A stretch of 64,000 nucleotides of DNA from Thermoanaerobaculia bacterium (GCA_038244815.1 JBBRTB010000001.1:40099-104098), one strand, 5' to 3'; shown: positions 35,807 to 46,629, numbered from the stretch's first letter. A program made the numbers and translations. Notes: generated by a model not told the origin, from the sequence alone.

Positions 35807-37845
35807 GCGTGGTGCACGCGGTCTGCCCGCACGACTGTCCCGATACCTGTTCGATGGATGTGACCGTCGAGAACGGCCGGGCCACGCGCATCGACGGCAA
35901 CCGCGAGCATCCCGTCACGCAGGGATTTCTCTGCACGAAGGTGTCGAAGTATCTCGAGCGCACGTACCACGCCGAACGCCTTCTCTATCCGCAGATCCGC
36001 ACCGGCACGAAGGGTCAGGGCAAGTTCCGCCGCGCCACCTGGGACGAAGCGCTCGCACTCGTCGCCACGCGCCTGCAGTCGATCATCGATTCTCCGGACG
36101 GACCGCAGGCCATCCTTCCCTACTCGTACGCCGGGACCATGGGTCTGATCCAGGGATCGTCGATGGATCGCCGCTTCTTCCATCGCATCGGGGCGTCGCT
36201 GCTGGCACGCACGATCTGTTCGTCCGCCGGCGGCGAGGCGCTCCATCTCACCTACGGCACGCGCATGGGCACGGACACGGAGAGCGTCGGCGAGGCCAGG
36301 CTGATTCTGCTGTGGGGCACGAACACACTCACCGCCAACCCGCATCTCTGGCCGTTCATCCGGAAGGCGAAGGAGAACGGCGCCAGCGTGGTCTGCCTCG
36401 ATCCGCTGCGCACGCGCACGGCGGCCGCCTCCGACCAGCACATCGCGCTGCGCCCCGGGACGGATGCGGCGTTTGCGCTGGCCATGATGCACGTCCTCTT
36501 TCGGGAGAAGCTCGACGACCGCCGGTATCTCCAGGAGATGACCCAGGGATGGGAAGGTCTGCGCCAGCGCGTGCTGAACGAATACCCGCCGGAGCGCGTG
36601 GCGAAGATCTGCCGCGTCCCGGCGGACACGATCGAGCGTCTGGCCATCGAGTACGGGACAAAGCGCCCGGCCTTCATCCGGCTCAACTACGGATTGCAGC
36701 GCCACGCCGGCGGCGGGTCGGCGGTGCGTGCGATCTCGCTGCTGCCCGCGGTGACCGGCTCGTGGAACGACGCCGGCGGCGGCTGCCAGCTCTCGACCTC
36801 GAAGACCTTCTCCCTGAATGAGAGTGCGCTGGAACGGCCCGATCTCATCGCCCCCGGCACGCGCACCATCAACATGTCGCGCCTGGGCGAAGCGCTCGTC
36901 GATCTCCACAATCCCCCGGTCCGGGCCATGATCGTCTACAACTCGAACCCCGCCGCGGTCGCGCCGCAGCGCCAGAAAGTGCTGCAGGGCCTGGCGCGCG
37001 AGGATCTGTTCACGGTCGTCCTCGAACATTTCCAGACCGACACCGCCGACTACGCCGACGTGATTCTTCCGGCCACGACGCAGCTCGAGCACGAGGACCT
37101 GCACAAGGCTTACGGACATCTGTATCTCATGTTCAATCATCGCGCCATCGATCCGCTCGGAGAGTCGTTGCCGAACAGCGAGATCTTCCGCCGCCTCGCC
37201 GCGACGATGGGCCTTCCCTTCCCCGAGCTCCGCGAATCCGACGACGAAATGATGCGTCAGGCGTTGCCCGCGACCGTGTCGCTGGACGAGCTGCGCGCCA
37301 GAGGCTGGATGCGCATCGATGTCCCCTCGCCCCACATGCCGTTCAAGCTGGGCACGAGATTGTGCACACCCAGCGGCAGGATCGAGATCGAATCACCTCG
37401 ATTCACCGCCGCGGGCGTCGATGCCCTGCCCTCGTACGTTCCGCCTTACGAGTCGGAGGAACGCGATCCGGAGCTGGTTTCCCGCTACCCGCTGGCATTG
37501 ATCTCTCCGCCCGCGCATGAATTCCTGAACTCGACGTTCGTGAACGTCCCGTCGCTTCGCCGCTCGGCCGGCAAGCCGACGCTGGAGATCCACGCCGACG
37601 ACGCCATGCAGCGCGACATCGGCGCGGGCGACCGGGTGTCCATCTACAACGATCGCGGAACCTTCGTGGCCGAGGCCGTGATCACGGACCGGGTGCGGCC
37701 GGGCGTGGTGTCCGCGCCGTCGGTGTGGTGGCCAAAGCTGACCGGCAGCCGCACCAACGCCAACCACACCACCTCGGAAGCGCTCACCGATCTGGGCGCG
37801 GGTGCCACGTTCTACGACAATATGGTGGAGGTGCGCCCGGCATGA
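35803..37845 (+). CDS. molybdopterin (bis-MGD) oxidoreductase catalytic subunit with N-terminal Fe-S cluster
   Basis: CPHDCPDTC...C motif, MopB catalytic and C-terminal molybdopterin dinucleotide-binding regions. Confidence 0.85.
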   Translation: MSVVHAVCPHDCPDTCSMDVTVENGRATRIDGNREHPVTQGFLCTKVSKYLERTYHAERLLYPQIRTGTKGQGKFRRATWDEALALVATRLQSIIDSPDGPQAILPYSYAGTMGLIQGSSMDRRFFHRIGASLLARTICSSAGGEALHLTYGTRMGTDTESVGEARLILLWGTNTLTANPHLWPFIRKAKENGASVVCLDPLRTRTAAASDQHIALRPGTDAAFALAMMHVLFREKLDDRRYLQEMTQGWEGLRQRVLNEYPPERVAKICRVPADTIERLAIEYGTKRPAFIRLNYGLQRHAGGGSAVRAISLLPAVTGSWNDAGGGCQLSTSKTFSLNESALERPDLIAPGTRTINMSRLGEALVDLHNPPVRAMIVYNSNPAAVAPQRQKVLQGLAREDLFTVVLEHFQTDTADYADVILPATTQLEHEDLHKAYGHLYLMFNHRAIDPLGESLPNSEIFRRLAATMGLPFPELRESDDEMMRQALPATVSLDELRARGWMRIDVPSPHMPFKLGTRLCTPSGRIEIESPRFTAAGVDALPSYVPPYESEERDPELVSRYPLALISPPAHEFLNSTFVNVPSLRRSAGKPTLEIHADDAMQRDIGAGDRVSIYNDRGTFVAEAVITDRVRPGVVSAPSVWWPKLTGSRTNANHTTSEALTDLGAGATFYDNMVEVRPA

Positions 37846-38624
37846 TGGCTTACGCGTTCGCCGGAATCCTGATGACCGTCGTCTGGATGGCGATCATCTA
37901 TCTCAATGAGACGCACAATCTCCTGAGCTGCGATCATTTCAAGACCGTCGGACTCAAATTCTTCGGCTATGGCTGGCTGGGACTCTTCCTCATTCTCCTC
38001 GGCGTGCTCGTGGCGAACGCGGCGAGCAACCCGGCCCGGGCCAGCGATCTGGCGCGCACACCGTTCTACGCGCTCTTCTCGCTGCACGCCATTCTGGTGA
38101 TGTTTCTGATCGGCTGGTGGCTGGCCACGAGCCGCCCGCCCCTCCGCGAGTTCCTGAGCATCCAGCGCGAGCGTCCCGGCGAGGCGGTGCTCACGGGGCT
38201 GGCCGTCGGAGTGGGCGGATGGGTATTCACGCTCGTCGTGGCATTCGCCATCGCCATGCTGCTCAACGCCGCCGGTCTGATCGGGAATCCGAAGCCGTCG
38301 CCGGTGATCGGGTTCATGGCCTCGATGCCGATCTGGAAGAAGGCACTGCTGGTTCTGTCGGCGATGACCGTGGAAGAAGCATTCTTCCGGGCCTGGCTGC
38401 AGAAGCGGGTCGGCCTCATCGCCTCCACGACGCTGTTCGCTCTCGCGCATTTCACGCTCGGTCAGCCGCTGCTGCTGATCGGCGTGGCAGTGATCTCGCT
38501 CGTCATCGGTTTCACGTTCTACCGCACGAAGAATGTTGTGCCCGGCGTGATCGCGCACGGCGTGTTTGACGCCGTGCAGCTCTTCGTGATCATCCCGATC
38601 GCCTTTCAGGTGGCAGGCCTCTGA
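37842..38624 (+). CDS. CPBP-family (CAAX protease-like) intramembrane metalloprotease
   Basis: EEAFFR, FALAH and HGVFD motifs on TM helices; ATGA overlap with upstream gene. Confidence 0.75.
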   Translation: MMAYAFAGILMTVVWMAIIYLNETHNLLSCDHFKTVGLKFFGYGWLGLFLILLGVLVANAASNPARASDLARTPFYALFSLHAILVMFLIGWWLATSRPPLREFLSIQRERPGEAVLTGLAVGVGGWVFTLVVAFAIAMLLNAAGLIGNPKPSPVIGFMASMPIWKKALLVLSAMTVEEAFFRAWLQKRVGLIASTTLFALAHFTLGQPLLLIGVAVISLVIGFTFYRTKNVVPGVIAHGVFDAVQLFVIIPIAFQVAGL

Positions 38625-38629
38625 TCGCG

Positions 38630-40909
38630 ATGACCTCACGCGCAGCGGATCGGCGCGATCTCTGGTGCATGGCGCTTCTCGTGGGCATCGCAACAGTCTT
38701 TTTCTCGGACGTGCTCTTCGCCGGTAGCAACTTCTACTACCGCGATCTGTTCATCTACCACTTCCCGATGAAACACATTGTCCGGGAGGCGATGATCAGC
38801 GGCGAATTCCCATTCTGGAACCGCTTTTACTCGAACGGCCAGCCCCTCGCTGCCAATCCTGCGTATGAGCTCTTTTATCCACCGCAGTGGCTGATTCTCA
38901 CCGGCTCGTACACCTTCGGGTTCGCTCTTCACATCCTCTTTCATGTCTACGCTGCCCTCGTCGGAACATTTCTCCTGTTGCGGACGATGACGCTCGGCCG
39001 CGCCGCGGCAACCTTCGGGGCACTCTCGTTCGGCATGGGCGGCTTCCTTCTCGGATCCATGACGATGCTGCCGACATTTTTCGTCTGGGCGCTCGCACCC
39101 CTGGTGGGATGGAGCATCGTTCGGGCGTTGTGCGCACCGGGCCCTTCGACCGTCGCGGTGGCGGCTCTTCTGGCGGGTGTGCAATTGATCATCGCCGAGC
39201 CGATGGCCATCCTGCAGGTGTGGCTGCTGATCGCGGTGTGCGTGCTGGTATTCGCTCGCCGCCAAACGGGCGTCCTGGCCGCGATCGGCGGGGCAGCGAT
39301 GCTCGTGGCCGCCGTTTTGATCGTTCCGGCGATCGACCACGCCCGGGACTCCGCTCGGTCGCGTGGGATCGCCTTCAACGTCGTTCGGCAGTATTCGCTG
39401 CCGCCCTCTCGCCCGCTGGAGATGGCCATTCCACACCTCTACGGTGTTCTCGACCCGTTCGCCGCTGCGTATTGGGGGGCGGCGGCCTTCGATCGTGGCG
39501 CGCCATATCTCTCCAGCCTTTACAACGGCATCGCCGTGGCCATTCTCGTCCTGGCCGGACTGATTCTTCGCGCACGGGGCTCGTTAACCGTCGTGGTGCT
39601 GAGCCTCATCTCTTATCTGCTGGCCATCGGCGATCGCACCCCGTTACTACGGGCCCTGTACGACGCCGGAATCGCGCGGGGCATTCGTTACCCCGAAAAG
39701 TTCGCCGCCCTCGCCGTCGTCACGATGACGTTCTTCGCAGCATCCATCGCTGACCGCCTGCTCTCAGGAGATGAGAAGGCGCGCCGGTCCGCGATCGCGG
39801 CGGGACTGATCATCTTCCTGATCAGCGTCGTGCCTCTGTTCTTTGCGCGATCACTCGGCCAGCCAAGGCTGGAAGCTCTGGCGCGGAGAGAGTGGCTGAT
39901 CGGACTGGCCTTCGCTGCCGCGGCCACGTTACTCCTGGCCGCTCTTCCGCGCGTCCCCCGACGGGCCTGGCTGCTGGTGGCATTCGCGGTGGTGCTGCTC
40001 GACCTCGTCCTCGTCGACAGTGAGCTCGTCACGCGCATGCCCAGGTCATTCTTCACGCCACCAGCCGTCGTGGCCGGCTTCGAGGCCGATCGAAACGACT
40101 ATGAAGTCATGCATCGCGGCGAATGGAACGCGGAGGATCCGAACTATCACGCGCTGCGCGCCGCCTTCGGCCCGTGGTTCTCGCGCAATGGACTGCAGCC
40201 ATTCTCACTCGACGCCTGGGGAGTGCGCAGCGCGCTCGAGCTGGACTTCGACGAGACAGCACTTCTCCCAACTCACGATCTGCTCGATGCGATGATGAAG
40301 GTCGGCAACCGAGGATTTGCGCACTGGGCGGAATCGTTCGCAGCGATCTCGAATGTGCGTTATCTGGTCGACTATCTTCCACTTGCCAATGTGCTCTCGC
40401 AGCATGGGCCGGTCGAGCAGGCCCGAATGGTTCGCCTGACGCATCTCCCTTCGACAGGGCGCTACTACTTTCCGCAGCAGATCGTGCATGCCCTGACCCC
40501 GGACGATGTCGTCGCATTCATCGAGAGAACCGGCATCCAGCGGCCGGTCGCGTTCGTGCCGTTCGTCCCGCCAACACCGGCACGGGCGCAAGTGCTGAAT
40601 GTGAGCGAGCGTGCAAACGGTGCCACGATCGACGTCATATGCGAGGAGAGGGCACTTCTCGTGGCCACGGTCACACGCCACAAGTACTGGCACGCAACGA
40701 TCGATGGAAAGCCGGCGCCGCTGCTTCCGGTGAACATCGCCTATCAGGGATTGATGGTGCCGGCCGGCCGCCACCGAGTGGAGATGCGTTATCGCAACCC
40801 GCTCGTCATCGCGGGGGGGATGGTGACCGTGCTGAGCGTCGCGGCGTGCGCAGCCGTGATCGCTACTGCTCCGACACGACCACGCCATCGCCCTCGAAGC
40901 GGATCTTGA
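38630..40909 (+). CDS. YfhO-like large polytopic membrane protein (putative lipid-linked glycosyltransferase)
   Basis: N-terminal ~12 TM region, large C-terminal extracytoplasmic domain and terminal TM, as in the YfhO family. Confidence 0.5.
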   Translation: MTSRAADRRDLWCMALLVGIATVFFSDVLFAGSNFYYRDLFIYHFPMKHIVREAMISGEFPFWNRFYSNGQPLAANPAYELFYPPQWLILTGSYTFGFALHILFHVYAALVGTFLLLRTMTLGRAAATFGALSFGMGGFLLGSMTMLPTFFVWALAPLVGWSIVRALCAPGPSTVAVAALLAGVQLIIAEPMAILQVWLLIAVCVLVFARRQTGVLAAIGGAAMLVAAVLIVPAIDHARDSARSRGIAFNVVRQYSLPPSRPLEMAIPHLYGVLDPFAAAYWGAAAFDRGAPYLSSLYNGIAVAILVLAGLILRARGSLTVVVLSLISYLLAIGDRTPLLRALYDAGIARGIRYPEKFAALAVVTMTFFAASIADRLLSGDEKARRSAIAAGLIIFLISVVPLFFARSLGQPRLEALARREWLIGLAFAAAATLLLAALPRVPRRAWLLVAFAVVLLDLVLVDSELVTRMPRSFFTPPAVVAGFEADRNDYEVMHRGEWNAEDPNYHALRAAFGPWFSRNGLQPFSLDAWGVRSALELDFDETALLPTHDLLDAMMKVGNRGFAHWAESFAAISNVRYLVDYLPLANVLSQHGPVEQARMVRLTHLPSTGRYYFPQQIVHALTPDDVVAFIERTGIQRPVAFVPFVPPTPARAQVLNVSERANGATIDVICEERALLVATVTRHKYWHATIDGKPAPLLPVNIAYQGLMVPAGRHRVEMRYRNPLVIAGGMVTVLSVAACAAVIATAPTRPRHRPRSGS

Positions 40910-42242
40910 AGCCTCCCTGCTCTGTGGCGGCGATCATCACGTCGTGGAGCGACTGGTCGTCGACCACGGTCGGGATCAGGTTTCCGGTCCAGGCCACGAC
41001 GGCATTGGATGAGATCGACAGCGGATACTCCTTCGTCACACGCATCGTCAGCGGCTCGATCGACGTGGAGATGGCCAGCGAGCCCTTGCCGAAGATCTTC
41101 ACCGTGTCGACCTTCCTCTGGTACGCCGAGTCGTAGATCGGTTCGACGCGATAGGTGAGCGTGTCCTCCAGTGCCAGCAGGTTGCTCCCCTCCACGTAGA
41201 TGAACTCCTCACTCAGGTCGAGCAGGAACGTCTTCCGTCCTTTCTCGTAGACAAAGATCTTGCCGTGGCCTTGCGCCTTGACCAGGGTCTGGGCGCTGGT
41301 GCCGAGGAGTCCCGATTCGGCGACGAACTTGAGATTGCCCGAATAACTCGACACCGTTCCGCGCTTCACGTACACGCTGCGCTCGAAGTTGATCTCCAGA
41401 AATCCGTTCTCGTGAAGCACGAAGGTCTTCGACGCTCCCTCGATCTTCCGATCGAGCAGAATGTGCTTCTCCTCGGCCGGCTGCAGCTCGTCGACGGCCT
41501 CCTGCAGCTTCCGCGCAGCCGTATGGCCGGCCGCTCCCGTTATCGCGCGCGAGTCGGGTTCCGGCGGGGGAACCGGAACGCGCGCCGGGATCGGCGTGGG
41601 AACGCGGTTCGGCACGACCGTCTCGTCTGGATCACTCTTCGGCCTGGCCACGGCCGGCTGCGTACGCGTGTCCGCCGGCTGCTTGAGCGCCGGGATCTTC
41701 GCCGTGGTCACATCGCCTTTCTGGTACGACGCCGCGGTCAACGGCGACTGAACGATCTGCCGGACTTCCTGCTCGACCTCGCGCACCAGCTTGTCCGCGC
41801 TCGCAAACTTCAGGTGCTCGATGGCCAGGTTGTACTTGCGCCGTGCCCGGTACAGCAGGCCGAGGTAGAGATGCGACTTCGCGTAATTGGGACGCAGCTC
41901 CACGGCCCGCAGGAGAAATCCCTCCGCATCATCCAGCTTTCCCTGTTTGAACAGAATCAGTCCGAGATTCGAGTGCAGGATGAACACCTGCGGATTCTCA
42001 CGGGCCAGGCGGCGATAGATCACTTCCGCTTCCGGATAGGCGTTGGTCTTGAAGTAGACCATACCCAGCAGGTTCAGAACCTCGGAGTCATCGGGACGGA
42101 GCTTCTGAGCGTTCTCGAGCTCTCGCCGTGCCTCTCCGTATCGCGCTTCCTGAAACGCCTCGCGGCCACGGTTGAAGTGGAGAAGAAACACGCCCTGGTC
42201 GAAGGGCGCCTGGAGCGGAGTCGCATTATCCCGGTCGGGCAT
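40863..42242 (-). CDS. TPR-repeat protein fused to AIM24/DUF124 domain
   Basis: 3-4 TPR units N-terminal; C-terminal 220 aa match AIM24-family pattern (GSL..AESG..GT...QG.G.IF...G). Confidence 0.55.
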   Translation of the reverse strand: MPDRDNATPLQAPFDQGVFLLHFNRGREAFQEARYGEARRELENAQKLRPDDSEVLNLLGMVYFKTNAYPEAEVIYRRLARENPQVFILHSNLGLILFKQGKLDDAEGFLLRAVELRPNYAKSHLYLGLLYRARRKYNLAIEHLKFASADKLVREVEQEVRQIVQSPLTAASYQKGDVTTAKIPALKQPADTRTQPAVARPKSDPDETVVPNRVPTPIPARVPVPPPEPDSRAITGAAGHTAARKLQEAVDELQPAEEKHILLDRKIEGASKTFVLHENGFLEINFERSVYVKRGTVSSYSGNLKFVAESGLLGTSAQTLVKAQGHGKIFVYEKGRKTFLLDLSEEFIYVEGSNLLALEDTLTYRVEPIYDSAYQRKVDTVKIFGKGSLAISTSIEPLTMRVTKEYPLSISSNAVVAWTGNLIPTVVDDQSLHDVMIAATEQGGFKIRFEGDGVVVSEQ

Positions 42243-42260
42243 GCGGAGGCGATTGTAACG

Positions 42261-42938
42261 TCACTGCGTACCGAGATAGCGGATACCGGGGACGATGGCC
42301 ACGATCGGCTCGGCGATCCTGTTCGCGAATCCGCCATGCAGCGACGGCTTCTTCCCGGCGGCGAAGATGACCGGCTGGCCATACGGATGTCCGTAGTACA
42401 CGGTCAGTGCGCGCTTCACGTACATCGTGGTCTCGTCGTACGGGGGGATGCCGCCGTACTTGAGCACTGCGTTCGGGCCGGCGTTGTACGCGGCCAGTGC
42501 CCGGGGCAGGTCGGAGAACATCTCCAGCATCACGCGGAGATGCAGGATGCCGGCGCGGATGTTCTGGTCGGGATCGTGGACCTCTGTCACGCCGTAGTGC
42601 CTGGCCGTCTCGGGCATGAGCTGCATGAGGCCGCGCGCACCTTTCCGCGACACGCACATCGGATCGAAATCCGACTCGACCTGGATGACCGCGCGGACCA
42701 GCGTGGCATCGACGCGGAACTTCTTCGCATACTTTTCGATGAGCGGGTCGTACCGAGAGGCCCGATCGTGCTTGCGGGCCAGCCACTGGAAATTCGTCAA
42801 CGACGGGTGGCCCTTCTCCCGGCCGGTGGGAACGTTGTAGATGACTTTGCTGCCGTCGCTCTTGATGACGAGCTGGACCTGCGCGGAGGCGGCGGACGAG
42901 ACCAGGAGCACCGCCAGAAACACACCCGTGACACGCAT
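42261..42938 (-). CDS. secreted lytic transglycosylase (SLT domain)
   Basis: Signal peptide; ESDFDP...GARGLMQLMP...AYNAGP catalytic motifs. Confidence 0.8.
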   Translation of the reverse strand: MRVTGVFLAVLLVSSAASAQVQLVIKSDGSKVIYNVPTGREKGHPSLTNFQWLARKHDRASRYDPLIEKYAKKFRVDATLVRAVIQVESDFDPMCVSRKGARGLMQLMPETARHYGVTEVHDPDQNIRAGILHLRVMLEMFSDLPRALAAYNAGPNAVLKYGGIPPYDETTMYVKRALTVYYGHPYGQPVIFAAGKKPSLHGGFANRIAEPIVAIVPGIRYLGTQ

Positions 42939-43136
42939 TGCCCAAAATGGTACCACTTCAGCGAAGAAGTCCTGACACGCCGGAAAGCATTTCAGCCTTC
43001 CCGACGTCCGTGTGCGGCGGTTTGCGCTATGATTGTCCTGTTCCGTACAACGGGTTTTGCGCCGGGCCCTCTCTCGGGAGCGTCCCCGGGTCTGTTGTCC
43101 GTCCGACGCAGGTACGTGAATGCAGGAGAACCCTCT

Positions 43137-43508
43137 ATGGACGGACTTCTTCGGTCGCTCATCAAAACAGTCCGGCGCCGTCTAAAAGCAGACGAGGAAG
43201 TCACGGTCGAAGCCGTGACTCGCGAGCTCGGTTACACCCGGCAGTACATCTCCGGACGATTCCATCGCACGACCGGACGGCTGCTGAGCCACTTCCTCAA
43301 GGAGAAGCGGCTGGAAAAAGCGGCGCGTCTTCTTCGTGCCGGGAACCTGCGCGTGTCTCAGATCGCGCGCCGGTGCGGATTCGACTCCGAGAACTACTTC
43401 CGCCAGCAGTTCCGCCAGCGCTACGGGATGTCACCGCGCCAGTTCCGGACGTCGACGGCCAGCCGCGGCCTTCACCCCCTGTCGAAGCCCGCCTCGGTCC
43501 AGATGTAG
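43137..43508 (+). CDS. AraC-family HTH domain protein (short, 123 aa)
   Basis: Two HTH_AraC helices (RELGYTRQYISGRFHRTTG...IARRCGFDSENYFRQQFRQRYGMSPRQFR); the long upstream ORF extension is antisense artefact. Confidence 0.7.
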   Translation: MDGLLRSLIKTVRRRLKADEEVTVEAVTRELGYTRQYISGRFHRTTGRLLSHFLKEKRLEKAARLLRAGNLRVSQIARRCGFDSENYFRQQFRQRYGMSPRQFRTSTASRGLHPLSKPASVQM

Positions 43509-44119
43509 CGGAGCGTGTTCGCGTCGAGCGTCCGCGACGCGATGGCATCGCGGAGGAACAGGAGCACGCGCCGAACCGACGAGTGCGGAACCTGCGTCTT
43601 CGCGAGATAGGCCCGATGCCCTTCGGCCGACTCGAACGTGATCGATCGAAGGACGCTGGTCAGGCGCACGACGCTTCCCTGGATCGTGATCTCCTGCCAC
43701 TCCCCTTTGTTCGCGTAGCGCATGTAATAGCGGCGGTGGAAGAGGCGCACCTCGCTGGCGTCGCCGATGCGGAGCGGCTTGCCGCTGTACATGGGAACCG
43801 ACCGGATACGGAATCCACGCGCTTTGGCCGCGGCCGCGGCCGTGGCGATCTCACCCGCCAGAGCCTCGTCGACGATCTCGCGCTCGCGAAGGAGGAGGAT
43901 CCAGTCGTTGCTGGCCGCATCGACGGCGCGGTTGAACTCCGCGCGGTGCGCGGCGATCCGGTCGCGCGGCGGAATCTCGAGGACGAGTTGCTCCAGGCGC
44001 GAGAAGTGCGGCGTCAGCGCCTGAAGCTCGTCGGCGTGAACGTGCCCGAAGGTGATCACCGAGAGTTGCAGCGTGGCCGGAGCGGTGGCGTCAGCGAGTC
44101 GGTCCCACGCCGCCGGCAC
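43472..44119 (-). CDS. hypothetical protein, degenerate GT2-like fold
   Basis: LSVITFGH and NDWILLLRERE resemble GT2 N-terminal strand and DxD region; weak. Confidence 0.4.
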   Translation of the reverse strand: MPAAWDRLADATAPATLQLSVITFGHVHADELQALTPHFSRLEQLVLEIPPRDRIAAHRAEFNRAVDAASNDWILLLREREIVDEALAGEIATAAAAAKARGFRIRSVPMYSGKPLRIGDASEVRLFHRRYYMRYANKGEWQEITIQGSVVRLTSVLRSITFESAEGHRAYLAKTQVPHSSVRRVLLFLRDAIASRTLDANTLRYIWTEAGFDRG

Positions 44120-44121
44120 GT

Positions 44122-44910
44122 TTACTCTCCGAGGTCTTCGCGGATGCGGGCGATGCGCACGGCCTTGCCGGTGGCCTCATCGATCTCCACGAGGACACCG
44201 GACAGCCGGACGTCCCGCTTGGCCACCTCGAGCTTCTTCGGTGTGTTCATGAGAAAGCGATGCAGCGCTTCGTCGGGACGGAATCCGATGACGGAATCGT
44301 ACGCGCCGGTCATGCCGACGTCGGTCTGATAGCCGGTGCCGTTCGGCAGGATCCTCTCGTCTGCGGTGGGCACGTGCGTGTGCGTGCCCAGGACGGCGGA
44401 GACACGGCCGTCGAGGTAGCGGCCCATGGCCTGCTTCTCGGAGCTCGCTTCGCCGTGAATGTCGACGATGATCACCTTCACCTGCTCGCCGATCTCCTTG
44501 AGCTCCTTGTCGGCACAGTAGAAAGGATTGTCGACCGGCGGCATGAAGACGTTGCCCATGAGCTGCAGCACGGCCACACTGACGCCGCCCGCGGTCTGCC
44601 GGATCACTTTGCCCGTCCCTGGATTTCCGGCCGGATAGTTGGCGGGCCGGATCACGTGCGGATAGTGGTCGTAGTTGTCGACGAAATCCTTCTTGTCCCA
44701 GATGTGATTGCCCGACGTGTAGGCGTTGATGGGAAGCTCGGAAAGCTCCTCCATGATCGCTTCGGTCACGCCGAAGCCGCCGGCCGCGTTCTCGACGTTC
44801 ACGATCGTGAAGTCGATTTTCTCGCGGTCGACGACGTGCTCGAGCTTCTGGTGCAGCGCTCGACGGCCGGGCTGGCCGACGACGTCACCGATGTAGAGGA
44901 CTCTGATCAT
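44122..44910 (-). CDS. ymdB: YmdB-family metallophosphoesterase (TIGR00282; 2',3'-cyclic-nucleotide phosphodiesterase)
   Basis: IGDVVG...GNH...GTHTHV metallophosphatase motifs; conserved rny-ymdB linkage. Confidence 0.85.
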   Translation of the reverse strand: MIRVLYIGDVVGQPGRRALHQKLEHVVDREKIDFTIVNVENAAGGFGVTEAIMEELSELPINAYTSGNHIWDKKDFVDNYDHYPHVIRPANYPAGNPGTGKVIRQTAGGVSVAVLQLMGNVFMPPVDNPFYCADKELKEIGEQVKVIIVDIHGEASSEKQAMGRYLDGRVSAVLGTHTHVPTADERILPNGTGYQTDVGMTGAYDSVIGFRPDEALHRFLMNTPKKLEVAKRDVRLSGVLVEIDEATGKAVRIARIREDLGE

Positions 44911-44914
44911 TTTA

Positions 44915-45007
44915 GGGTCATTCTGAGCGCCGCAGAGCGCGAAGAATCCGGGCGGAGGCGGACCGCCCCCCAGATCCTTCGCCGTCTCCGCGGCTCAGGA
45001 TGACACA
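44915..45007. repeat. ~95-bp imperfect palindromic intergenic element (copy A), rny-ymdB spacer
   Basis: GTCATTCTGAGCGCCGCAGAGCGCGAAGAATCCGGGCGG...CCGCGGCTCAGGATGAC; ~85% identical to 59825-59917. Confidence 0.5.
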
Positions 45008-45026
45008 GTGCGCTGCGCGCAACGTG

Positions 45027-46592
45027 TCACTTCGCGTACTCCACGGTTCTCATCTCCCGGATCACGGTCACTTTGATCTGTCCCGGATACTGCAGCTCGG
45101 ACTCGATCTTGCGGGCCACGTCCTTGGAGAGCCAGATGGATTGTTCGTCGCTGATCTTCTCGGCGTTCACGATGATGCGCAACTCGCGCCCGGCCTGGAT
45201 GGCGAAGCTCTTCGAGACACCGTCCATGCTGTTGGCGATCGACTCCAGCCGCTCCAGGCGATGCACGTAATTCTCGAGAATCTCACGGCGTGCGCCCGGC
45301 CGGGCCGCCGACAGCGCGTCCGCGGCGTTGACCAGCACCGCCTCGACCGTCGTCGGATCGTAATCGCCGTGATGGCATTCCATGGCGTGGATGATCTCGC
45401 GCTTCTCGCCGTACTTGTCGAGCACCTGACGTCCCAGCTCGAGATGCGTGCCTTCCATCTCCCGGTCGATGGCCTTGCCGATGTCGTGCAGCAACCCGCC
45501 GCGCTTGGCGATCGTGTCGTTGACCCCGAGCTCGACCGCCATCAGCGCCGCCAGCTGCGCAACCTCGAGTGAGTGCACGAGCACGTTCTGCCCGTACGAG
45601 GTCCGGTACCGCAATCGTCCCAGCAGCTTGAGCACTTCGGGATTGATATCGGTGATGCCCAGTGAGAACGCCGCGGCCTCCCCTTCCTCGAAGAGCTTCT
45701 GGTCGAGCTCCTGCCGTACTTTCTCGACGAGCTCCTCGATGCGGGCCGGGTGAATGCGTCCGTCCTGCATCAGGCGCTCCAGCGAAATTCGCGCGATCTC
45801 GCGGCGGATCGGATCGAATCCCGACAGAATCACCGCTTCGGGCGTGTCGTCGACGATGAGATCGACTCCCGTGGCCAGCTCGAGCGCGCGGATGTTGCGC
45901 CCTTCACGGCCGATGATGCGGCCCTTCATGTCTTCCGACGGCAGGTCGACGACGGAGACGGTGTTCTCCGCGACGTAGTCCGAGGCCATGCGCTGGATGG
46001 CCATGCCCAGGATCTTGCGGGCCTTCTGCGTGCCCAGCTCGGTGGCCTCGGTCTCGATGCGCTTCACGATGTTGGCGGCGTCGAGCTTGGCTTCGTTCTC
46101 GATGCCGCGGATCAGTTCCTGGCGGGCCTGCTCGGCGGTGAGGCCGGCCACCTGCTCCAGTTTCCGGCGCTGCTCCTCGAACATCTGATCGAGCTGGCCC
46201 TCACGCCGTTCCACATCCTTCTCGCGGCTGGCGATGCCCTGATCGCGCTTCTCGACCTCGTCGATGCGGGCATCGATCTGCTGGGTCTTCCGGTCGATGT
46301 TCTCTTCTTTGGATTGGAGCCGCTGCTCCGACTTCTTCATCTCGTCGCGGCGTTGCTGAGCCTGCTTGTCGAACTCCGACCGCATCTGCAGCAGTTTTTC
46401 TTTCGCTTCGAGACTGGCTTCCTTGACGCGCGCCTCGGCCGACTTGCGGGCGTCTTCGACGATGCGCTCGGCCTCGCGGCGCGCTTCGACGAGCTGCGCC
46501 TCGACACGCTTGCGGTTGACCATCGCCCAGAGCAGGGCGAGCACGATGGCGCCTGCGACGCCAATCGCAATTCCTGTGATGATGGGTACCAA
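45027..46592 (-). CDS. rny: ribonuclease Y
   Basis: N-terminal TM, coiled-coil, KH domain, HD domain (HDIGK). Confidence 0.95.
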   Translation of the reverse strand: MVPIITGIAIGVAGAIVLALLWAMVNRKRVEAQLVEARREAERIVEDARKSAEARVKEASLEAKEKLLQMRSEFDKQAQQRRDEMKKSEQRLQSKEENIDRKTQQIDARIDEVEKRDQGIASREKDVERREGQLDQMFEEQRRKLEQVAGLTAEQARQELIRGIENEAKLDAANIVKRIETEATELGTQKARKILGMAIQRMASDYVAENTVSVVDLPSEDMKGRIIGREGRNIRALELATGVDLIVDDTPEAVILSGFDPIRREIARISLERLMQDGRIHPARIEELVEKVRQELDQKLFEEGEAAAFSLGITDINPEVLKLLGRLRYRTSYGQNVLVHSLEVAQLAALMAVELGVNDTIAKRGGLLHDIGKAIDREMEGTHLELGRQVLDKYGEKREIIHAMECHHGDYDPTTVEAVLVNAADALSAARPGARREILENYVHRLERLESIANSMDGVSKSFAIQAGRELRIIVNAEKISDEQSIWLSKDVARKIESELQYPGQIKVTVIREMRTVEYAK

Positions 46593-46629
46593 ACTCCACC
46601 TCCCTCGAGGGAGGCTCGCGCAGTAGAGG

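Noticed and set aside
41265-43136. N-terminal 620 aa of the 747-aa + strand ORF
   Set aside because: It is antisense to the TPR-AIM24 and transglycosylase genes. Only the last 123 codons (AraC HTH domain) form a real gene.
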